From sequence record NC_070650.1: a stretch of DNA of 64,000 nucleotides; one strand, given 5' to 3'. Numbering within the stretch: position 1 is the first letter of the stretch; every line of letters begins with the position of its first letter. Positions 1 to 9,893 of this stretch are shown here, piece after piece. A model generated the notes under the pieces. That model searched no databases. It saw nothing but the letters and a program-made list of their open reading frames with translations, and was not told the DNA's origin. Position numbers and translations under genes: made by a program.

Positions 1-654
1 TCAAGCCAACCTTACGTTACTCCGGTCCAACACCGACCATCTGATTTCGGCCTATTTAATCAGGTGCCGTTTGTGCTGCGTTTACCGGCAGATGACCTGA
101 CTGCTGCGCAACAAGCTAACTATGGGCTTCGCCGCGTAGAGACGCATGGCGGTACTCAGTACGTGGCTTATTACGCAAAACGTCTCGATACCAGCACTAC
201 CGCGGTTACGCTACACAAAACCGTTATTGTTGACGGGGTGTCTACGACCACGACGTTTGTCCCAGATGAGTCGAATCTAAACCCAACGAAACCTGTGGTT
301 ACCAGCACCACCACCACTACGGCGAACGGTACTTATTTGTCCGCATCGGCGCCACTGACTATTACCTTCAGTGAATTTGATGCAACTGAGTTCTTAAATG
401 TCGCCAAAATCCTTTATGGCGATGAAAATACCGCAGCCATTTCTGAAATTGCTTTAGTGACTGGTATCGATTTATCGGTGCCATTAACTAACTCCAGCTC
501 CACGGCAAGCACTTTCAACGAAATCATCATGGCACAAATCTATACGCATTTTAGTGCTTATTATGCGGTCGCTTTCGCTGAGCAGGGCTTTGAATTCACC
601 GTGGATGTTGGTCACACCGAACCATTGGCTGCTGAGGGTAATGTGAGTGCCTAA
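1..654 (+). CDS. Conserved phiKZ-like virion structural protein, 5'-truncated by window edge
   Basis: Frame of ORF 64..654 is open back to base 1 (SSQPYVTPVQHRPSDFGLFNQVPFVLR...), so the gene starts upstream; Thr-rich, beta-rich; precedes ruvC as in phiKZ-like genomes (recalled). Confidence 0.65.
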   Translation, partial: SSQPYVTPVQHRPSDFGLFNQVPFVLRLPADDLTAAQQANYGLRRVETHGGTQYVAYYAKRLDTSTTAVTLHKTVIVDGVSTTTTFVPDESNLNPTKPVVTSTTTTTANGTYLSASAPLTITFSEFDATEFLNVAKILYGDENTAAISEIALVTGIDLSVPLTNSSSTASTFNEIIMAQIYTHFSAYYAVAFAEQGFEFTVDVGHTEPLAAEGNVSA

Positions 655-1252
655 CTATATTCCTTATCACGTTATCGTGAAAGAGGAATGGGCATCCACA
701 TACCGCATCGCGGCAATCGACCCAGGGAGCGATACCCTGGGTTTTACTATTATTGATATTGACCTTCGTACTGGGAAAATCATCGTAGTTTATTCGGATA
801 CGTATGAAGCCTCACGCCAGTTGCGTTACCTCAATCCGCAGTACGTCGAATCCGTAGGTAATATGCGCGCACGGTTTGAATGCCACGAGCGTACGTTAGT
901 CAATCTCTTCAATCAGTTTAAACCGCATAGCGTTATCGCAGAATCCGCATTCCTGAAAAAGAGGTTTCCGCATAGCTTTGAATCTTTGACCATTGGTCTT
1001 GAGATGATACGTCGTGCACTTTATCAATATAACCCAACGCTTAAGTTAAAAACAGTAGAACCTACCGCAGCGAAAAAAGTCGTTATATTAAAAGGCGATC
1101 CTTTTAATGATAAAGCATCTGTGCGTCGTGGCGTTTTAGCTTACCCTGAACTCCATTGGGAAATCGACTCATCCCAGTTAGATGAGCATGCTTTTGACTC
1201 TGTTGCTATTGGTATTTATGAAGCGTTATCCGTTATCGGAGAGTTTGTATGA
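647..1252 (+). CDS. ruvC: RuvC-like Holliday junction resolvase
   Basis: RNase H-fold acidic motifs IAAIDPGS, VIAESAF, DEHAFDSVAIG; GTG start overlaps upstream stop. Confidence 0.85.
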   Translation: MPNYIPYHVIVKEEWASTYRIAAIDPGSDTLGFTIIDIDLRTGKIIVVYSDTYEASRQLRYLNPQYVESVGNMRARFECHERTLVNLFNQFKPHSVIAESAFLKKRFPHSFESLTIGLEMIRRALYQYNPTLKLKTVEPTAAKKVVILKGDPFNDKASVRRGVLAYPELHWEIDSSQLDEHAFDSVAIGIYEALSVIGEFV

Positions 1253-1851
1253 AGGGTAAGTATTACGTCATTGAAGGTTTGGATGGCACGGGGAAAAGCA
1301 CCCTGATTGAGAAGCTTAAAGCGGCCCATCCCGAATGGGTTTTTGTGGCTGAACCTGGAGGGACACCGATAGGGCAAATGCTGCGCGCTTTAGTGAAGGA
1401 AGGTTTGGGTGAAGAAGTAATTACTCCCATTTCCGAACTACTCATGTTCTCGGCCGCCAGGACACAACTGTTGTCTCAAATTATCGCACCTGCGTTAGCC
1501 GAAGGGAAAACAGTCATCAGCGACCGTAATTGGGTATCCACACTGATGTATCAGGGTCATGGGTTTGGTACTTCCGCGATTAATACCGTGCTGGATTTGC
1601 ATAAGCTCATCTTAAAAGACCTCCCAGTACCGACCGGTTATTTATATCTATCACTCTCTATGGAACAAAGGGCGTTGCGTTTACGTCACCGTGGGGAAGC
1701 CCCAGATCGTTTAGAATCGCGAAATAGTGATTATTATGTGCGGGTACACGCTGGATACGAAGCCTGGGCGAAAGCCAACTCCAATGTGTTTAAATTGGAC
1801 GCGTCAAAATCTTCTGATGATGTATTCACATCCGCACTAACATTCATTTAG
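1249..1851 (+). CDS. tmk: Thymidylate (dTMP) kinase
   Basis: P-loop VIEGLDGTGKST, AEPGGTPIG, LLMFSAAR, VISDR, YQG, DRLE motifs; 200 aa. Confidence 0.95.
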   Translation: MKGKYYVIEGLDGTGKSTLIEKLKAAHPEWVFVAEPGGTPIGQMLRALVKEGLGEEVITPISELLMFSAARTQLLSQIIAPALAEGKTVISDRNWVSTLMYQGHGFGTSAINTVLDLHKLILKDLPVPTGYLYLSLSMEQRALRLRHRGEAPDRLESRNSDYYVRVHAGYEAWAKANSNVFKLDASKSSDDVFTSALTFI

Positions 1852-1877
1852 AGGGCTTTGGCCCTCTTCTTTTTTTG
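1851..1877 (+). terminator. Intrinsic terminator
   Basis: AGAGGGC-TTTG-GCCCTCT followed by T-run. Confidence 0.75.
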
Positions 1878-1896
1878 ATCATTTAAGGAATCTTCC

Positions 1897-4023
1897 ATGC
1901 ACGCCGATCGCATACAAAAAGTGCTGGACCTGGTTGCTACCGCAGAGCCCTCACTTCCAATCCCTATAGCCACTGGAAATATCAGCATATCTAATATCAC
2001 CCCGGTGACTGGAAAGGATTATAATACTGATGCAACTTTCGGGGCCATCGACCAAGATACGCCAGTACAATATCGCGGTTCTACGGTATTGAATTATGGT
2101 CGAATTGACATCAGTCATTATTTTCCCAACAATGTGGTTTATGAATCACCTAATTTGGTGACCTACGCCGATTTACTGGCCGAACTAAATGCCAAACAAC
2201 AGTTAGATGTTTATGCCGATGAGATTCACGGGGCAGATACACTCCTACCGCAAGATGGCCAAATCACCATCGCAATTAATGACGCTAACTCACCGGCGTA
2301 TTGCGGAACCATCTCTCTATTGTTCAGTAAAGATACCGGGTTATTGTACCAGCGGGGGATTGAATACACGTTTATTACTCAAGCTGCACTACCCATACTG
2401 GGGTATGTGGAGACGCAAGTTTCTGGATTACAATACTCCATTAACGGCTCATCATGGAGTAATGAATTAACCCTCACCAAAACAGACAATGGTAGATATG
2501 CCATCCGACCAGTATCTCAGGTGGCAATTAATGCCCTGACTACTATTCGTTTGCGTGGGGCTAATATTTATCTGCAGGATGTAGGTAATATTAACGCCAT
2601 TCAAATTAAAACGTTATTAAAATATCGTAGTACTACTAATGGTCGTAATTTTTGTGCTGGTATTACCACCCTAACTTCGGTGGCCGATGATTGCTTTATT
2701 TATGCAACTGATTTGACTTCGGCCGACAATTTCTTTTATGGGTGTGTGGGTTTAACGGCGATACCTAGTAAGTTATTTGGTTACTGTGAATCTTTAACTT
2801 CAGCAAAGGGATGTTTTAGCGGTACTGGAATTACAGCCGTCCCAGCACAACCTTTCGGTGGTGCAACTAATTTAAAATATCTTGATAACGTGTATGCAAA
2901 TTGCCTCTCTTTAGCCAGTGTATCTGGAGATGCTTTTTTGGGGCTCTATAACGTCCTATCCGCGTCGCGGGCATTTGCGGGATGTATTTCCCTTACTAGC
3001 ATTCCAAATTCAATATTAGCGCCATTGACTGCGGTTCAAGACGTTAGTTATTTTATCGCCTCTACTGGGATTACCGTTGTAGATAAAACCTTCTTCAATC
3101 AGTCAACGACCATCCGGGATATATCGGGTATTTTTTATCGTTTGGGTTTAACTAGCCTACCGCAAACGTTATTGACTGGAATGACCGCATTAAATCGGAT
3201 GGATTATTTCTGCTATGGATGTTCTGGGATTACTGTTATCCCCTATGCTTTTTTAGACGGACTTAATCAACTCGAATACGCCGATTATGCTTTTTCTAAA
3301 ACAGGAATTATTCAGTTACCGGATAACTTCTTTACTAACTGCCGTCGTCTTTTAAGTATCGATTACTTATTCGATGGATGTGTTTCTCTACTAAGTATTC
3401 CTACTGGATTCTTATCGCCGCTTCAGCGACTGGTTTCAGCGGTAGGCATTTGGCATAACTGCACCTCTATTACGTCTTTACCTGCAGACATCTTGACGGG
3501 CAATCCAAATTTAGTTACAATACAGTGGTTGTTCTATAATACCAACATCACTAGTATTCCGGCAGGTTCATTGAATGGACTTACTGGAGCTAAAGATATT
3601 ACTGGGTTATTTGCGGGTACTCGTATTTCTTCAGTACCTGCGGGTCTACTAGCAACGGCAACAAACCTTCAAGTAGTCGCACAGCTATTTTGGAAGTGTT
3701 CTTTATTGACTAATCTGCCGGCGACGACTTTCTCGACAAATAGTGCGCTCACTTCGGCGTATGGTGCACTAGCTGGTTGTGGGTTACTTACTGGAGCCAT
3801 TACGACTTGGTTCGGTAATAATAGTTCACTCAAACAAATTTCTGGTATGCTGCAAGGCTGCACTAGCATCACTGGAAGTTTAGATGCTCTTCGCACGCAG
3901 TTGACCTCAGTGGATTGGCTGAATAACGATTATGTCGAAGGGGTAGTTGCACTGGATACGCAATTAACGGATTATACTTCGATAGGTATTGCCTATAAAA
4001 CCGTGGTTGCTGATTTAATTTAA
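1897..4023 (+). CDS. Leucine-rich-repeat (BspA/TpLRR-like) protein with N-terminal phage virion-anchor-type domain
   Basis: About 15-16 tandem 26-27-aa repeats, consensus [L/I]TxxPxxxFxxxxxLxxxxxxFxx[C/T]; N-terminal ~140 aa resembles the next ORF. Confidence 0.8.
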   Translation: MHADRIQKVLDLVATAEPSLPIPIATGNISISNITPVTGKDYNTDATFGAIDQDTPVQYRGSTVLNYGRIDISHYFPNNVVYESPNLVTYADLLAELNAKQQLDVYADEIHGADTLLPQDGQITIAINDANSPAYCGTISLLFSKDTGLLYQRGIEYTFITQAALPILGYVETQVSGLQYSINGSSWSNELTLTKTDNGRYAIRPVSQVAINALTTIRLRGANIYLQDVGNINAIQIKTLLKYRSTTNGRNFCAGITTLTSVADDCFIYATDLTSADNFFYGCVGLTAIPSKLFGYCESLTSAKGCFSGTGITAVPAQPFGGATNLKYLDNVYANCLSLASVSGDAFLGLYNVLSASRAFAGCISLTSIPNSILAPLTAVQDVSYFIASTGITVVDKTFFNQSTTIRDISGIFYRLGLTSLPQTLLTGMTALNRMDYFCYGCSGITVIPYAFLDGLNQLEYADYAFSKTGIIQLPDNFFTNCRRLLSIDYLFDGCVSLLSIPTGFLSPLQRLVSAVGIWHNCTSITSLPADILTGNPNLVTIQWLFYNTNITSIPAGSLNGLTGAKDITGLFAGTRISSVPAGLLATATNLQVVAQLFWKCSLLTNLPATTFSTNSALTSAYGALAGCGLLTGAITTWFGNNSSLKQISGMLQGCTSITGSLDALRTQLTSVDWLNNDYVEGVVALDTQLTDYTSIGIAYKTVVADLI

Positions 4024-4037
4024 TATCGGAGGTCCAC

Positions 4038-4487
4038 GTGGCAGTAACAACTATACTAACAAAACAAACCGCAACGTTAATTTATGATTTAATTAACGAA
4101 GCCAATGAAATCAATATTAACGCAACCATTCTTTCGCTCAGTGCGCCTACTGCGCTGAGTGGGGATGCTACAGGTAAAAATACTTCAGTTGTTGGAACTC
4201 CCATACCTGGCTCCGGTTATAAGAACACCGTGAGGTTGACTTATGACCGATTAGACATGGCGGTATTATTAGAAAAATTAGTTAAGCAGGTAGTTGTACC
4301 TAACCTCACTCAAACCACGGATGTGTTGAGTGCATTTAACGAAAAATATGGGTTTCTCTTGGCAGCCAGTGATGTAGTTAACCAATCAATCACCTCCACT
4401 GGCGGAACACAATCCATTACCGTAACAATGGCAGAGTCATGTCCTGCATTTATTGGTACCTTTGAACTCACTGTTTCTCCTTCTTAA
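4038..4487 (+). CDS. Small virion structural protein (jumbo-phage tail-associated domain)
   Basis: GTG start with GGAGG RBS; motifs LIYDLINEAN, NTSV, YKNTVRLTYDRLD, FNEKYG, AFIGT seen in phiKZ-like virion paralogue families (recalled). Confidence 0.7.
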   Translation: MAVTTILTKQTATLIYDLINEANEININATILSLSAPTALSGDATGKNTSVVGTPIPGSGYKNTVRLTYDRLDMAVLLEKLVKQVVVPNLTQTTDVLSAFNEKYGFLLAASDVVNQSITSTGGTQSITVTMAESCPAFIGTFELTVSPS

Positions 4488-4499
4488 CCGAGGTGTGGT

Positions 4500-5111
4500 A
4501 TGATTACGGTAGATATTCTTAAATTGATTGGTGCAGCGCAAGTAGCTGCAGCCCATCCGCAAGGAAGCTTATTTGTTGAAACATTTAACGGCATTACGGG
4601 AACCACGACATTGGCAGCAACCGTATCGGGTACGGAAGCTCTTGCAGCATTCGAAAAATTGGATGTAACAAATCAGGTTAAAGTCAATGCTATTTTTGAC
4701 CAGTATCGCAAAATAATAACAGGTTGTGGTACAACTACGGTATTTGCTAATGGCGTACATCGTCAACGTAACTACCGTAGTTTCATGGCACTGATGATGG
4801 CGGTTGCTTTAACGATCATGGCGGTCACTATCGTCGCCATTGAATGTTATATCGGCATCATGACTAAGACTCAATTGGAAAGCGGTCAGTTTACGGTTCC
4901 GTTGATGTGCCTTGCATTGGTGGTGTGGAGTTATAATGGACTGCTGACAAAAGAAAACCGGGAGGCCATCGCTGCTGGATTGGCTCGAGCACCCAGTGGT
5001 TTTGTTAACAGTTTTCTGGATTCTATTCGCGGACGTAATCAGTACCAAACCACGATGCAACAACAACCCGCGCCTCAGCCGGACGACCCACAAAATCCAA
5101 GACCACAATAA
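4500..5111 (+). CDS. Membrane protein with two predicted TM segments (holin-like candidate)
   Basis: Hydrophobic FMALMMAVALTIMAVTIVAI and FTVPLMCLALVVWSY; Gln/Pro-rich C-tail. Confidence 0.55.
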   Translation: MITVDILKLIGAAQVAAAHPQGSLFVETFNGITGTTTLAATVSGTEALAAFEKLDVTNQVKVNAIFDQYRKIITGCGTTTVFANGVHRQRNYRSFMALMMAVALTIMAVTIVAIECYIGIMTKTQLESGQFTVPLMCLALVVWSYNGLLTKENREAIAAGLARAPSGFVNSFLDSIRGRNQYQTTMQQQPAPQPDDPQNPRPQ

Positions 5112-5112
5112 C

Positions 5113-5149
5113 GGCATAGGAGGAGGCTTTCGCCTCCTCCTTTTATGCG
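5113..5149. terminator. Bidirectional terminator between convergent genes; variant of dispersed hairpin element
   Basis: GGCATA-GGAGGAGGC-TTTC-GCCTCCTCC-TTTTATGC; contains the stop codon of 5143..6393. Confidence 0.85.
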
Positions 5150-6393
5150 GTCACTAATTCAATTCTTTTAATATCCATTCTTCTTACTTCGGCATAGGTT
5201 CTTGGTTGCGGACCAACTAAACTGTTGTTAACAATCCCAGAACTACTAGCAGATACGGTATGTCGGGTCGATTGGTCAACAAGATAACCGTCAATAACGA
5301 CGACATAATCATCGATTTCTTTTTCTACTACGTATTCAGCTAATCTACCCATATTAACGCGCATGGGCTCGGTGGGGGGCGTATCAGACTGAATATAAAC
5401 CCCAGGTAACCCAGTGGGTTGCATCGCAGCATATTCCACAACAACGTTTGTTGCGTCCACTACGATTAAAAAAGTTTGGGGTGAATTCAACATTTTTGTA
5501 ATAGTGTCGTCAGATAAGAAAATATCGAGGTTAACGCGATCTGGGTTATGGTCTGATTCGTAAGGCACATAAACATCGGACCAGTCGATATAGTTTCTAG
5601 AATCAAAATAGCGTGAAACCAAATCCATATTTCGGGTATTGATTTTCAACATTCGATTACCGACAACATCATAATTGTTATCCAGGGCAAACAAATATCC
5701 CATCCAGGATAACAACACCGTTTTTCCGAATAAATCAACGTTTGTTTTGACGTACACTGATTCATAACTCGGCACGTCTGGCTCGGGGTCAACCACCATG
5801 TCTGAGGTGATGTCCACTTGGGTAATTGAACCGATACCCGAAAAATCAAGAAAACCCACTAATGGCTTATTTGCTTTACGTGCTGAAATGACACCATCAA
5901 GGACGTAGACACCATCTGAGGTGCTGGATATCCGATGACAAAACCCATTGACGGTCGCAATACAATTTTGCTCTACATTGCTGTAGTTTACTCCGGCCTT
6001 AGATAAAAGAATATCTACCTGTTGGTCGTAATCTAAAACGGCATCTGGGGATTTGGTGTGGTCACTTGGTTTTGATTTGAATCCCCAATAAAATGCGTCT
6101 ACATGGCGGACGGTCGTAGTACCCTCAACCAGAACGCTATAGGTTACTGGAAGTGACGTATTGCCGATTTGACCTAGCCACGTAACAAAAGTAATTGTCA
6201 ATACTCTGAGATAATCTGGCAAATCATCGAAGTCAACCGTAGCCGCGGAACTGTACGCCGGATTCGTAACGGTCGCTTTTATCTCCGAGTAAGTATTGTA
6301 CACTTGATACAGGGGAATGGTGGATAAATCGATGGACTTCCATTCGACACCACCCCCCTTGACACGGGCGATAGCGCTAACGTATGTATACAT
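5143..6393 (-). CDS. Conserved virion structural protein
   Basis: 416-aa ORF, beta-rich, in tail module; MYTYVSAIAR start typical of phiKZ-like structural family (recalled). Confidence 0.6.
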   Translation of the reverse strand: MYTYVSAIARVKGGGVEWKSIDLSTIPLYQVYNTYSEIKATVTNPAYSSAATVDFDDLPDYLRVLTITFVTWLGQIGNTSLPVTYSVLVEGTTTVRHVDAFYWGFKSKPSDHTKSPDAVLDYDQQVDILLSKAGVNYSNVEQNCIATVNGFCHRISSTSDGVYVLDGVISARKANKPLVGFLDFSGIGSITQVDITSDMVVDPEPDVPSYESVYVKTNVDLFGKTVLLSWMGYLFALDNNYDVVGNRMLKINTRNMDLVSRYFDSRNYIDWSDVYVPYESDHNPDRVNLDIFLSDDTITKMLNSPQTFLIVVDATNVVVEYAAMQPTGLPGVYIQSDTPPTEPMRVNMGRLAEYVVEKEIDDYVVVIDGYLVDQSTRHTVSASSSGIVNNSLVGPQPRTYAEVRRMDIKRIELVTA

Positions 6394-6476
6394 GGGGTTC
6401 TTCCTGTATTTTATTTAAAAATAGTATGCATGCCACCCTTTCATTGGGGGGGTAACTCCAACGAGGATTAGCAAAT

Positions 6477-7901
6477 ATGGCAACGACCTATGCTTACCCC
6501 TACAACCCAAATGCAAATTTATCCGCTGCATTTATCACCGGGGAAACGCACACAATTACGACGGACCCATCCAGAACTTATAACTGGTTTGTTCCGTTTG
6601 CAGCCCCTTTTTTCTCAAAGGGTTTGGTATTAACACACGTTACTTCGGGGCGGGTTCTCACCCCTGGAGTGGATTTTAATTTTGGTTTGGAATATCATAT
6701 TTTCAATAGTACTGTTGCTTTTTATCCAGTCTACGGCGCTATTGTTATTATGGACAGTACTTTGATTGGTACTTTTTCCATCAGCTATTATACCCTGGGT
6801 GACCGGTACGCAATCAACGAAGCCAAAGCGCTGGCTTTGGTTGCTAATACCGCGATTGACCCAAGACAAACGTATTGGGAATCCGTTACTGATATCCCTT
6901 CTCAGTTTCCGGCATCAGACCATCAGCATGATGTATCTGATTTAACTGGCATGGCTGATGTGGTTGCCTCGATTAACGCGCTGACAGCATCACTGACCAA
7001 TGAGGGCGGTAAATGGTGGCAGGCACTCAATGAGCACCTGACCGACTATAATGACCCCCACCATGTGTTGGACATGATTCCTAGCGGTGGAACATCGATT
7101 GCTAAGGCAACACAACAGCAGGCCGAGCAGGGCACTGATAACACCGCCTATGCTACCTCTTTGCGCGTAGCGCAATATGCTGCCGCAAATATCTTACCTA
7201 CTTTGAACAATCACATCAACGCCACGGGTAACGTCCACAACCTTACGGCTGCGGACCTTAATCTTGGTAATGTTCCAAATTATGCAGCGGCCACCCAAAG
7301 CGATGTGGACAACAACATTACTCCGGATAGCTTAATTACCACGGTAAGTATTGTCCAGTACATCGTAAATACTGCCCTTCAGAACGCATCTTTGGACCAA
7401 TACCAAACCAGTACCGATGTTACAAATGCCATTCAGTCGGCGATGGGTTCAATTTCTAATTATCCACTAGCGACGGATGAATTAGCTACATTGGGTCAAG
7501 ATGCTGCTACTCTGATGACACCATACGCAACCACACTGACCATTGATGGTTATCAGATGAATACTACTCTCGGTGTGTGCGTGTTAGCTACCGAAGTTAC
7601 GGCCTATCTGGCGCAAGGTAGTATTACCGATACCTGTTTGGATATGGTTAACAGCGTGGTGTATACCTATAACACCAATACCTCGGCATGGGAGCTGAAT
7701 AGCGGGGTTCTTCCAACCACTTATCTGAATAATGGAAGAACTTATTATAATCGGGTTTCCGGAAAAGGCTTTTTGTACCGTAATAACGCGCTGGTTAACG
7801 TTACCGGAAATGCGATTAATAATGTCACGGTATCAACTAGCGCACCGCCAGTTTCCACCACGGGATATGCCGATGGGTATGTTTGGTACCAAGTGGTATA
7901 A
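6477..7901 (+). CDS. Tail fibre/baseplate-associated protein (phiKZ gp130/131-like family)
   Basis: N-terminal ~200 aa paralogous to 7915..9336 (GETHTI/NEVHTV, LTPGVDF/LTKGIDY, WESVTDIPSQFP/WENILNKPTTFP, HQHD/HIHD); H-x-NPH fibre repeats. Confidence 0.75.
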   Translation: MATTYAYPYNPNANLSAAFITGETHTITTDPSRTYNWFVPFAAPFFSKGLVLTHVTSGRVLTPGVDFNFGLEYHIFNSTVAFYPVYGAIVIMDSTLIGTFSISYYTLGDRYAINEAKALALVANTAIDPRQTYWESVTDIPSQFPASDHQHDVSDLTGMADVVASINALTASLTNEGGKWWQALNEHLTDYNDPHHVLDMIPSGGTSIAKATQQQAEQGTDNTAYATSLRVAQYAAANILPTLNNHINATGNVHNLTAADLNLGNVPNYAAATQSDVDNNITPDSLITTVSIVQYIVNTALQNASLDQYQTSTDVTNAIQSAMGSISNYPLATDELATLGQDAATLMTPYATTLTIDGYQMNTTLGVCVLATEVTAYLAQGSITDTCLDMVNSVVYTYNTNTSAWELNSGVLPTTYLNNGRTYYNRVSGKGFLYRNNALVNVTGNAINNVTVSTSAPPVSTTGYADGYVWYQVV

Positions 7902-7914
7902 TTGAGGAAGAATC

Positions 7915-9336
7915 ATGTCAACGATTACCTGGACGTACCCTGAAGACTTAACGGGGGAGGCTTCCTCTAATTTAGTCTCCAATGAAGTACATACGGTTCC
8001 ATATGAGAACACGTACGCCTTTGTAATGAACTACGGCCCCTTCTATGGGGATTCCGTAGTGATCACCAAATCTTCTGATGGAAGCATACTGACAAAAGGC
8101 ATTGACTATAAGTGTCTTTACCTGTACCCTGAGGCCGTAGCTAAATCAGGTATGCCGGTATATTCTGTTATCCAGATTCTGGATAGAACCATTGCAGAAG
8201 ACCTGAACGTAACCTATCAAGTTGTCGGTGGTATCTTTTCATCCTACGCGTATGCCCTGGATGAAATTATTGCATTGCTGCAAATCGATAACCGCAGCAT
8301 TTCTTGGGAAAATATCCTCAATAAGCCCACTACATTTCCGCCGGCACCGCACATCCATGATGCCAGCGACCTGTATGGGTTGCAGTCACTAAATGATGCC
8401 ATCAATGATCTGAAGCAGGCTATTCTTTATGGTGACGTGGCGAGCCACGACCAGATTTATGACCGCATTGCCACGGTTAAAACTCAGGTCACCACCGGAT
8501 ATACTGATGCCGATACTGCGCTACAAACGCAGATCACTCAGAATACAACCGATATTGCGACCTTAAACACCAATTTATCCGCGCAATTGACGGCCTTGTC
8601 ACAAACGCTGACATCACATACGACGAATCAGAATAACCCACACAACACTACATATGCTCAAGTAGGTGCCCCATCGATTACTTGGACCATTAACGGGGTA
8701 ACATTTAACAAGAGTATCACTTTAACGCCAGCCAACATCGGGGCGCTATCCACTTCTGCCGGTGGTACGGTCGCTGGTGCGACAACATTTAACGCCGCGC
8801 TGACTGTTGCTGGTCAGGGTAGTTGGTTGACTAAAACGGGGGTATACCAGCCTTCCGGCACCTCCGATTATAAAGTCGACGGGATTCGATTCCAAGCCAA
8901 CAGTAACCAGTATACCGACATATTCTGGTACAATACTACTGGCGGCCCACACACGGCATTTTACGTCAAAGATGGGTCTACTGTCTCTATCTTTAGAATG
9001 TGGGCGACTGGCGGGATGACCATCCCCGGGAATATGGGTGTTGGCTCTGCAGTCTATCAAACTGATGGTAACCTCACGGGTACTGCTTGGGGTGGCTTCT
9101 TATCGGATTATTTGAATAACCGATTTAACACCGTCTCCAATACCTCTGCTAGCACTTATGTCCGAGGTATCCGGTTTGGTGCTCAGCAGTCTTTCCATAA
9201 ACGTGATGGTACGGAATACGTGGCGGGTGGGGTAATGACTGCATGGGCTGACTTCGGTAACTCCGACTACTGGGTATACCTGCGCCCACTGCAATATAAC
9301 ATCAATGGCACTTGGACGACTGCGCCGTACACTTAA
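7915..9336 (+). CDS. Tail fibre (receptor-binding) protein
   Basis: phiKZ-type N-terminus, INGVTFNKSITLTPANIGAL knuckle motif, C-terminal YVRGIRFG...YLRPLQYNINGTW domain like enterobacterial P2/Mu-type fibres. Confidence 0.85.
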   Translation: MSTITWTYPEDLTGEASSNLVSNEVHTVPYENTYAFVMNYGPFYGDSVVITKSSDGSILTKGIDYKCLYLYPEAVAKSGMPVYSVIQILDRTIAEDLNVTYQVVGGIFSSYAYALDEIIALLQIDNRSISWENILNKPTTFPPAPHIHDASDLYGLQSLNDAINDLKQAILYGDVASHDQIYDRIATVKTQVTTGYTDADTALQTQITQNTTDIATLNTNLSAQLTALSQTLTSHTTNQNNPHNTTYAQVGAPSITWTINGVTFNKSITLTPANIGALSTSAGGTVAGATTFNAALTVAGQGSWLTKTGVYQPSGTSDYKVDGIRFQANSNQYTDIFWYNTTGGPHTAFYVKDGSTVSIFRMWATGGMTIPGNMGVGSAVYQTDGNLTGTAWGGFLSDYLNNRFNTVSNTSASTYVRGIRFGAQQSFHKRDGTEYVAGGVMTAWADFGNSDYWVYLRPLQYNINGTWTTAPYT

Positions 9337-9354
9337 TTAAGTCAGGATAGTTCC

Positions 9355-9885
9355 ATGATTAAACTCAAAAACTTATCTATTAAACACCACGCCATAATCA
9401 ATTTGGGTACCGACATAAAAAAGGTGCCTATATACCAGGATGATTTAGGTCGGCTGGTTACCGATATGTTTAAGCGTATGTCTCCCATTACGCTTAAACT
9501 ACTGGTGGTGGATGATGGTTTTATCCGGGGGTGGGACCAGGATGTCACCATGTTAACCTTATATGAAAAATGCAGTATCATTGAGGTTGACCCGAAAACC
9601 CTACCCCCTGGATTTTTTAATGAGTCTAATCGCCCGTATTGGATGTGGACTGAGGAATTGGGCGTTAGTCGACGCCCATTAACCTCCGAAGAACTGATTT
9701 ACAACAATACCGCCGAAAGGGATAAACGATTAACTGCTGCCCTGACTCGATATCAAACGCTACAAATAGTATCAGGTGTTAGGGCATTGTCTCAAAGTGA
9801 GAGGCAGGACCTGGATGATGTCAAACATAAAGTCGTTGTTTTAAACGATCTTGATTTGACAAAAGAAATCACCGATTGGCCTTAG
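9355..9885 (+). CDS. Tail fibre assembly chaperone (Tfa-like)
   Basis: Directly follows fibre; C-terminal ERDKRL...L...VVLNDLDL...ITDWP pattern typical of Tfa/Caudo_TAP chaperones. Confidence 0.65.
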   Translation: MIKLKNLSIKHHAIINLGTDIKKVPIYQDDLGRLVTDMFKRMSPITLKLLVVDDGFIRGWDQDVTMLTLYEKCSIIEVDPKTLPPGFFNESNRPYWMWTEELGVSRRPLTSEELIYNNTAERDKRLTAALTRYQTLQIVSGVRALSQSERQDLDDVKHKVVVLNDLDLTKEITDWP

Positions 9886-9893
9886 GAGGTATC

